A stretch of DNA of 64,000 bases, taken from Octopus vulgaris. Lineage: Eukaryota. This document shows positions 54,382 to 64,000 of the stretch, in pieces (within the stretch, counting starts at the first letter, position 1; each line of letters starts with the position of its first letter). A model generated the notes under the pieces. It had not been told where the DNA came from, did no database searches, and saw only the letters and a program-made list of their open reading frames with translations. Location: NCBI GenBank assembly GCA_951406725.2, contig OX597825.1:82026001-82090000 (forward strand), written 5' to 3'. Position numbers and translations under genes: made by a program.

Positions 54382-54451
54382 ATACATTCTGTTTAATTTT
54401 ATTTTTGATATATACTTCATTTCTGTTTTATTTTTTCTGTTTTATATCGTA

Positions 54452-54843
54452 CTAGCAGTATCGCCCGGCGTTGCTCGGGTTTGTAAGGGAAATAACTATA
54501 TAAGCATTTTTAGAGATGTAAAGTATAATAGCCATCTCAATATGGCTAACCACAAAGGGGGGTTACTGTAGCTTCTTATGTTCTGAGATTTAATAATACA
54601 TTTTTAGAGAGTTACTTCCCTTATATAAACCGAGCGAAAATGCATTAAAAATGTGAAAAATTGATGGTAAATTTTTTTTTTTAATCGTAGACTTATCGTA
54701 GATGCGCGCTAATACCCAGAAGGGCTCGATATGAATCACGACTATAAGATACCCACTTTTGGTTACACTGCACCGCAAAATGTGGGAGTAGTTAGGAATC
54801 GTAGGAGACAGACAGCACACAACCTCACTTTTATATATAAAGA
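54452..54843 (-). mobile_element. Non-autonomous Helitron
   Basis: Minus strand A|TCtttatatataaaag ... cccgagcaacgccggg hairpin ... ctgCTAG|T: 5' TC, 3' CTAG, subterminal hairpin, AT target, no TSD. Confidence 0.9.
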
Positions 54844-55932
54844 TTTCTCTTCCCTAATCCTCTTCATATTATATTTGCATTTCATATATTTCCTCTCTTC
54901 GTTGTTATTATTTTATTTTCATGGTTTATAACTGAGGTAACTTAGATATGTTTCGCCCAAAACATTGACCCAGACCATGTCAAACTTGAAAATATTTGTT
55001 CCGGCTGCTTAGGCACTGAGTTCAAATCCCATCAATGTCAGCTTAGCCTTTCAATCCTCCGGGGGTTTTAAGATCAAAGTACAAGTATTGAGGTCAATTC
55101 AATTGAATAAACGAGACTAAAAAAAAACAAAAAAACTGGTGGCTTTCTGCCAAAATTAGAAATTATTACGTTTCTACCAATTACGTGAATTTAAGCAATT
55201 CTCCTCTTTCACCCCTTCCTCCTCCTCCTCTTCCTCTTCTTCTTCTTCTTCTTCCTCCACTTTCTTCTATCACCCTTCCTCTTCGCACCTCCCCTTCTTT
55301 TCTCTCCCAAATTAAAACTGTCATCAATACAGCGTCCATCTTGTTGAAATACGGTGCGGATATTGAGATTCATCTTTCCCAACAAAAACATGCGCATTAT
55401 AAACACGCACGCACACACACACACGCACACACACACACACACACACGCACACACACACACACACACATACATAGTTTAGAGAACCTGATCGTTCGACGTA
55501 AAGGCCAACAGCTATAAAAGAACTCAGTCCTGAATATAGAGTACATAAGATTTATTTAAACCCTTCTTTAATAAAGCTAATTGCTTCAGTTTTTTAAGAG
55601 CTGAAATAACTGAAGCAATTTGAATTTTGTTAGAAAATATTACACGTACACACACACACACACACGTCTATCACACACACACACACAAACACGTGTATTT
55701 ACTTATTCATACATACACGAAGATTTAGGCGTAGACATGCAGGGTTGAATGTAGTTTCAAGACTCACTAGTTAAATCTAACTCGAACAGTTTGAAGATAC
55801 CTTGGGGGAAGAAACTTAAAAATTTGTCATTAATAATGGATCCTTTCATCCCAGAATTGTTCGTTGTCACTTAACAATCTCTCATATAATATAATATAAT
55901 ATAATATAATATAATATAATATAAAATAAAAT

Positions 55933-56073
<141 letters not shown>

Positions 56074-56091
56074 AAAATAGGGTAAGGTAGA

Positions 56092-56318
56092 AAATGCTAA
56101 AGTAATTTTATTATGAGGAACATTTTAGTACCGGTTTCAGACTTTGCGACTTTTTCATCAAACATTAGGACTGCTACTATCTGCTACCTGCTACCTGCTA
56201 CCAAGACCTCACATGAGTAAAAAAGTAATTTTTCCACAATTTAATTGTTTTTCATGCTTTACTGTAAGTTGAAAAAGTCGCAAAGACTGAAACCGGTACT
56301 AAAATGTTCTTAGCATTT
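56092..56318. repeat. Inverted repeat (core 56118-56157 / 56270-56309) carrying a hammerhead-like motif
   Basis: 40-bp arms with one mismatch, plus outer aaatgctaa/ttagcattt; follows a long (TA)n. Confidence 0.85.
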
Positions 56319-57795
56319 GTCCCGGTTTGCGAGCGATTCTGCCAGCTGACAGCTTTAATGTTAATTAATATTACTATGGATTAAGAAACTAATGAGAAGT
56401 TGAGACTGAGCCGCAAATATCTACTATAAAAACGAAATTAACAAGCAAAAAAGAACAGTAAGTGCTGCCCTCTAGGGACATATTTTACTCTGTTAGCAGA
56501 CATCGTACATTCTTGGTCTTTCATACAAGTTCTGATCCGGATTAACACAGGATAAAAGCTGACAAATAGAAGCCTCTAAAGGACGAAACTAAATATCCTC
56601 ACATGAAATTCGAGTGTTGTGGAACAGCATGGATGCATTGATTATAAATTTCTGCTTTCAAAATAATTAAAAAGTATTTGAACGTGGCTGGAACAGGACT
56701 CGGAATATGAAGAGAGGTAAACTGAAACCGCTGGTTACGTTGTTCTCTGTTCCACTGATTCTGTCACTAGACCGCCATTAAAAATAGTTATTGCTAAAAA
56801 TGAATCTGCTCTTGACTTGCCAACTGTAATGGTTTTCTATTATATTTTGAATACCACAAATATAGAAAGTAAAACAATACGTATTTAGTTTCCAATTATC
56901 TCGTAGAATTTGCAGGCATTCTTCATTCTGTGGCTCTAATGGAACTGAAATAGAATTCAGAAAAACACAGACATCCACATCCCGTGCACTTCTTCCTGCA
57001 AGATCCCACCCACTTCTGGCACAACGCTTATTGTATTCACCACTTGCTATATTCGCCACTTGCTGCATTCGCCCCACTGGCTGCAGTTACTGTGCAGCAG
57101 AGTGCAACACTTTTGGCAAAATATTTACCCGGAATTGTTAATTAAATGTTTAGATTTGTGAGACAACGTCTTGATATTCATTTTTAGCGGGTATATAATT
57201 TCAGTGGTGAGTACCGGAACAGCAGTTTTGTTCAGAAGCTCGGGTGGTTTGTAACTGTTATTCAAAAGCCTGTGTCACGCTGGTTCTGTCTGAGAATTAC
57301 GTCAAGAGCGCACGGCCCAGTTACTTAGGCGCTAATTCAAGGGCAGATAATTGACTTATATAAACAACTGAATCTTAATCGGCGAACGACAGAGATTCAA
57401 CCTCACTATCGTATAATAAATGATGCTCTAATTCATAGAGAATAAATTAATAGGTGTATGAGCAATTACGAGATCTTATACGTACATATGCAGCTACATA
57501 TATATCATAATGTTGCATACACACATACATGCATACATACAAGCATATATACAATATATATATATTTTGTACATGTTTCTTGTGTATTTTTTATGTTTAA
57601 GAACCATGGTAATATTTATATATGATTAAATGTTTGCAGGTTGTGGTGTTATATAGAAAGTTGTTGACTCGAATTTCATGTTTGTTCTCTGATCAATGTT
57701 TCTTTATCTCTGTCTCAAATACATTTGAGCAATTCTTTTTTGCAGTCCTGTAAACCCTTTTGTTTCCACAAAAAGAGACAAAATTATTTCTTGTC

Positions 57796-57864
<69 letters not shown>

Positions 57865-57894
57865 TGTATGTATGTATGTATGTATGTATGCATG

Positions 57895-57936
<42 letters not shown>

Positions 57937-58069
57937 CAAATGCACATACACATAAAAAGTTAAGAGATAGCGTATTTTGATCAAAAATTTCAATATTTTC
58001 TTTATATTTTCTTTATATTTTCTTTTGTTTATCATAAATCTGTGAAACCATCCACTGCTCTCATATATA

Positions 58070-58216
<147 letters not shown>

Positions 58217-58834
58217 TGTATGTATGTATGTATGTATGCATGTATATACTCGAAGAACATGAATGTCAAAGTCGATCTCGGTGGTATTTGAACTCGGAAC
58301 GTAAGGCCGGAACAAATGCTGCAAAGTATTCCGTCTCACATTCTGACGATTTTGTCAGATCCATAACAATAGTTGGCGAAACAACTGAAATGTTGATTTT
58401 TCTTGATTATTTCTTAATATTTTGACCTCATTTAATTTAATTTAATTTAATTTAACTTAATCTAAGTACCAACAATTCAAATGAAATAAGATCGTCTAAA
58501 TGCCGCTGCAAACCGCAGTTCTTACCAGAATGATCTTAATTGTAGTCACTGGAACCAAGTGATTTGTCTGGAACCATCAATCCTACATATTAACTTCCGT
58601 TTCTTAACGACTTCCGGTCCATAGAACCATGACAGTCTATAGCGGTCTATATCAATATTATTTTCCGTTCCACGCTTTATTTTTTTCTTTCTATTTTTCT
58701 CTGTTTGGTTTACTTTTTATGTTTCTTTGTTATTTTCCTTAATTTGTTTCTCGTTGCAATTATACGAATCAAAAATCACCCAGATGCCAGCCGTGCACTA
58801 GCCATCAACATCACCGCTCCACCCGACCCGGTAC

Positions 58835-59073
58835 TACTATTACTACTACTGTTACTACCACTACCAGCACCACCATAACCACCACCACTACTACTACTAC
58901 TACTACTGCTACTACTACTACTATCACCACCACCTCCACCACCAGCACCACAACCACCACAACCACCACAACCACCACCACCACCACCACCACCACCACC
59001 ACCACCACCACACACCACCACCACCACCACCACCACTACCACCACCACCACCACCACCACCACTACTACTACT
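58835..59073. repeat. (CTA)n/(CCA)n trinucleotide tract
   Basis: Directly visible. Confidence 0.92.
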
Positions 59074-59272
59074 AATTTTCTTTAAGATCAAATTTTGCTA
59101 TCCGACACTAGTTGATAGAATGTATTATATAGGCGCATACACACACATACACATCCATACCTGCATACATACATAGAATCATAGATACATACATACATGC
59201 ATACACACACACACACACACGTGCGCATTATATGTATGTATCTATCTAGTACATATGTCTCTCTCTCTCTCT

Positions 59273-59322
<50 letters not shown>

Positions 59323-59327
<5 letters not shown>

Positions 59328-59535
59328 AAAATTCTATAATTATGAGCATAATTATAATAAGGGTTCACCACATACCGAAATTTAGAAATAGCAGTTAAAT
59401 ACAATTCCTACTACTATAAGATATCTCCCAGACATATCTTATGGTTGTAGAATAGTATTTGACTGCTATTTCTAAATTTCGGTATGTGGTGAACCCTTAT
59501 TATAATTATGCTTATGATTATAGAATTTCTGTATA
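59323..59535. repeat. ~100-bp-arm fold-back with 9-nt loop
   Basis: 59323-59424 pairs with 59434-59535; loop ctcccagac. Confidence 0.93.
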
Positions 59536-59629
59536 AGGTTACTGATAACGGTTCTTTTAACATACCGAACTGCTTGGTAAAATTATTAATTATAAATTGA
59601 TTAATTAATTTTACTCTTTATTGTGATTG

Positions 59630-59692
<63 letters not shown>

Positions 59693-59721
59693 ATGTATAT
59701 ATTTATATATACGTATGTATG

Positions 59722-59753
<32 letters not shown>

Positions 59754-60137
59754 TGTATGTATGTATGTATATATATATATCCACGTATGGGGGCGAATTG
59801 GAAAAGCCGTTTGAGTGTTGATGGAGAAAATTGCGGTATTTGTTCCGCTTCACTATTTGTTCCGATGGCTACTTTGCGTTCATCGTTTCTTGGTCGATAA
59901 ATAAAGTAATCATCAAGTACTGGAATCGATTCTCGTCAGTCTCCCTTTCTCTTTCTCTCTCTTCCTTCCTTTTAGTCTCTTGTAGTCTCTCACTCTCTGC
60001 ATGGATGGGATCTCTAAATTCAAGTGCCTGACATTTTCACGCTGTCTCACACTGAATCGACTTGAGAACTCCGTTTTGGGTACTACACGTGCCTGCGGAA
60101 TCACTGGCCGCTTATTGAATGCGTATTGTCGAGAATC

Positions 60138-60180
60138 TGGACCTGATGAGTAGGAAATGCTGCGAAATATCGATATACAT
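60138..60180 (+). ncRNA. Hammerhead core relic
   Basis: CTGATGA-GTAG gaaatg CTGC-GAAA with palindromic ATATCGATAT stem III; no clear stem I. Confidence 0.35.
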
Positions 60181-61486
60181 CATTTCCACTCATTTAGTCA
60201 ATCTTTGAAATAAATTGTGATTTTTTCTTTAACACTGTATGTCATTGATACGTTTGATCCTCGCTTTGAAATTAAAAGGTATACAATTCTATGACTTTTT
60301 ACTAAGAAAACATGGTAAGGAATTCCAAGAATCAACATCGAAGAAGATATCTGATATGAATACCCAATGAAAAAGGTTTCCAGGTGATAATTCGACCTGC
60401 TAGATATAGCAAGGAAATCTGCCTGTTTTTACACACTTGCTTTTGAAAAGAAAAAATAACACGAGAAATAAAACACATCGTTTAATGTAGTCGCTGGTGA
60501 ACTTAGACGATCTGGTTCACATAGTGCTGAGACTATTGTTGCTGTTGTTGTTACTGCTGTTGATTGTCTGATTGCTGAATACAGCTGTGTTTTCTGTTAA
60601 GATTTTAATTCAAGTTTCGGTTCCAAGGCCTACTTAACGTCGAAGATTATTTAATTAAAGGCCTTAAACAACAAAACTCGTTGCTAATCTGTATTTAAAA
60701 TGTACAAGCAACCTGTTTCTCAGGAGGGAAAGAAGAAATAACTTGAGAAATGTATGATAAAGAGATTTATATTTCCGGTTTAAAAAACATCGGCTGTGTT
60801 TATATCCTTCCTCCCCACACTTGATTTGGTTATCAGCAATAGCAACGGAATACTGACAATCTATGGCCCCAGATTTAAGAATACATAAAACCACAAATTT
60901 AATCAAACTGAATTTAAAACTAGATTAAGTTATCGGAGAATGTATGTATGTATTTGTTTGTGTGAACGTACGTGTTTGTATTTGTGTGCGGTGTGTACAT
61001 GTGTGCGTGTGTATGTGTAGAATAACCTATGTATTTATGCTTAATACGTTATGGTAGATTCATACGTGAATATACTAACAGCTGTTGTATTTCGTCTTCG
61101 GAGAACAACATCTCATTGGTTAATCATATCAGGTACCTTCTTCAATACTGCGTCGTGAAATTCCACAGCAGCTATTTTTGGTTTCTTTTTTAGTAGAAAG
61201 GCATAGACAGAACTGCATGCTTTCGTAACACACGAGATTCATTGGCGCACGGAGGCCTTGATACACCGTGAGGTTTAGACCTCATTGTATGTACCTTCCG
61301 TCAAAAGCAACTCAGCGGTTGAATGAAACTAAACGGGAATAACTAGAAGTTGATGAGTACTGATCACTGGCAAATCTTTGGGTGCACAGTCAAAGGAAAA
61401 ATGGCAGAGCACCGTGGCCAGCGATGTATAGGGACAAAAACCCTCTCTGCGGGAATATGAGAATGTGTGTTTGTGTGTGTGAGTAT

Positions 61487-61519
<33 letters not shown>

Positions 61520-62075
61520 TGTGTGAGACTGTGAATGTATCCGTGTTATCCATATATATTCTTTATCTGATTTAATTTATCTTTTATGCAAATAAATGTA
61601 TGTATTTGAAGTATAAAATTGATAAACAAGTCATTATAAAATATGGAGAGAAAAAGGGCAGAAAGAGTGATGTGTGTGTGTGTGTGTGTGTGTGTGTATA
61701 AAGAGAGAGAGAGAAAGAGAAAGAGAAAGAGAGGGTGGGGGATTCAGTAGAGCGGGTGATAAAGAAAGAGAGGCAGATAGTGTATCATTGTCGTATTGCT
61801 AGTTTATCCGAGGGATTTAAGAGTAAGACCTAATATAGAATAACATATTTGAGCGGTTCTTTTAAATTCTCTGAAGATAGTCTTAGTACACATGCACTAA
61901 ATCTTATGCCGGATCCCATGATACGTTTGATCAACCGGAGACGAAGAAAGCATTATTTTTCTTTTATAGTTTTGCTTAGGATATCATCTATAATATTCTA
62001 TAATACTTCTCTCCCTGTCTCGAAGTATGTTTGGGTGTCGCGTCTAACTCTGGAACACAGTAAAAGAGGTATTCG

Positions 62076-62108
<33 letters not shown>

Positions 62109-62361
62109 TGTATGTATGTATGTATGTATGTATGTATGTATGTATGTATGTATGTATGTATGTATGTATGTATGTATGTATGTATGTATGTATGTATGTA
62201 TGTATGTATGTATGTATGTATGTATAGGTGTGTGTCTGTGTGTATATAATTGTTCAGTTTATTTCAAGATATTTTGCCAATAGAGAAAGAGCCGGTTTCT
62301 AACCTAGATTTAAGGCGCCTTTATTGGAATTTCACCATGAACAACGGGGTATTTTTGTTGG

Positions 62362-62408
<47 letters not shown>

Positions 62409-62431
62409 TGTATGTATATATAGTATGTATG

Positions 62432-62465
<34 letters not shown>

Positions 62466-62745
62466 TGTATGTATGTATGTATGTATGTATGTATGTATGT
62501 ATGTATGTGTGTATGTATGTATGTATGTATTTGTGCAGATTTGTATGTTTTGCTTTATGTATGTATTCGCATGCGTATAGTTACGTATCTAGATATGCTC
62601 ATACATATTTAAATGATAAACTTCTAGAAAGTTTTACAGATTTTTACAGTTCCAGTGATGGGATGGATCTGTAGTCTTCAAATTAGCTTTTTCCTTTCAT
62701 GCGTGTATGTATGTATGTATGTATGTATGTATGTATGTATGTATG

Positions 62746-62843
<98 letters not shown>

Positions 62844-62847
62844 TTCA

Positions 62848-63101
62848 TTCACTTGTTTCAGTCAATTGACTGCTGCTAGAATTTATTCTTTTGTAAACCC
62901 AGTACTCATTCTACCGAACAGCTAAGTTACTGGGACGTAAACACGCCGACATCGGTTGTGAAGCGATGGTGGGGAGACAAACACAGACACACACAAACAC
63001 ATAGATATAAAAATATAAATATACGATGGGCTTCTTTTAGTTTCCGTCTACCAAATCCACTCACAAGGCTTTGGTAGGCCCGAGGCTATAGTAGAAGACA
63101 C
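62848..63101 (-). mobile_element. Family B SINE, 5'-truncated with an internal deletion
   Basis: acttgtttcagtcaattgactgc...gtttccgtctaccaaatccactcacaaggctttgg. Confidence 0.88.
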
Positions 63102-63507
63102 TAATATATATAAAACAAGGATAAACGCTCTTTACATGGCTTCCAGCTGTTTGACTCAAAACAACGATAATAGTGAAACAGCACGAATGGCGACTTTGAT
63201 ATAAATTTGTGTTCAGCCATATTTTCCCTACATATGTCTCGCGGCTCGTGGCTAGATCTACTTCTCAGTACAAAAGTTAACAACTATACGGAAAGGAGAT
63301 TAGATTATGAAAATCTACGTGGAACTCTGAACATGACAATACCGGTTGTACATCTATCAGCACCCATAATTTTTCAATATATAAATGTTTGTGTGTGTGT
63401 GTATGTTTATATATATATATTTAATAATAGTTATTATACTATCAGCTTTCTCTCTGTAACTTGCTAAGCCTTTCGGGTTTGTTTATAAAAGTATTATTTA
63501 TGTAGTT

Positions 63508-63563
<56 letters not shown>

Positions 63564-64000
63564 TATATATATAATAATGAGAGAATAATAAGGTAATTAA
63601 TAAATTACTATTTATTAATTTAAAAATTGACAAACATCCCTTACAGCTGTTTCAGTTTAGGCTCTCAGAAGTGTAATTAATTAAATTAAAAACCATTTGA
63701 AACTCGAATTTCTTCAGAAGTAGACAAAGGTACCCAAAGTAAGTGTCCAATTTCCTCATATTGAGTAAAACAACTGCAAACCGGTTAACTAATAAAAATG
63801 TATAAATCAAAGCACAGTACACAAGTGGTAGACCCCTTAGGAGTGTAACTTTATTCTTCTGCTAAGGGGGTCTGCCACTTGAGTATTATGTTATTGATGT
63901 ATAAATTTCTATTAGTTAACGGCTTGCGGCCGTTTACTCAATATGAGAAAACTGAACTTTTGTATACATTTATCTACCGCAGAAGAGATTCGACTTTCAA

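Noticed and set aside
55310-55380. Ankyrin-like peptide SILLKYGADIEI
   Set aside because: Isolated short match with no TPLH half, running into (CA)n without a convincing donor site
56778-57077. 99-aa non-repetitive ORF with three gcaagtggcgaat-like repeats
   Set aside because: No recognisable motif or clear exon boundaries; the short repeats suggest a transposon remnant

Overview
AT-rich, repeat-saturated animal genomic DNA. The SINE families and extreme (TA)n/(CA)n/(ATGT)n/(AAT)n load point to an octopus or related coleoid cephalopod (inferred, not database-verified). I find no intact host protein-coding gene, and almost all listed ORFs are microsatellite translation artefacts. Recognisable content: three groups of tRNA-derived SINEs in dozens of copies; a decayed Tc1 transposase and several Tc1/mariner ends; a Chapaev3-like 5' fragment; a non-autonomous Helitron; LINE relics (CR1/Zenon-like, RTE, two R4/Dong-like); and a Penelope-like element with a GIY-YIG fragment and inverted tail. 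Three less obvious signals stand out. (1) About ten minimal type-I hammerhead-ribozyme-like motifs occur in short, often (TA)n-flanked elements, including a family sharing a non-canonical CUGUNGA core. (2) Many short-range inverted copies and long fold-backs are present, several with locus-specific shared mutations suggesting local templated synthesis. (3) The SINEs show head/tail module shuffling and apparent self-nesting. One minus-strand micro-exon candidate and several enhancer-like unique islands suggest an intron or gene desert. All alignments and folds were done by eye, so element edges are approximate.
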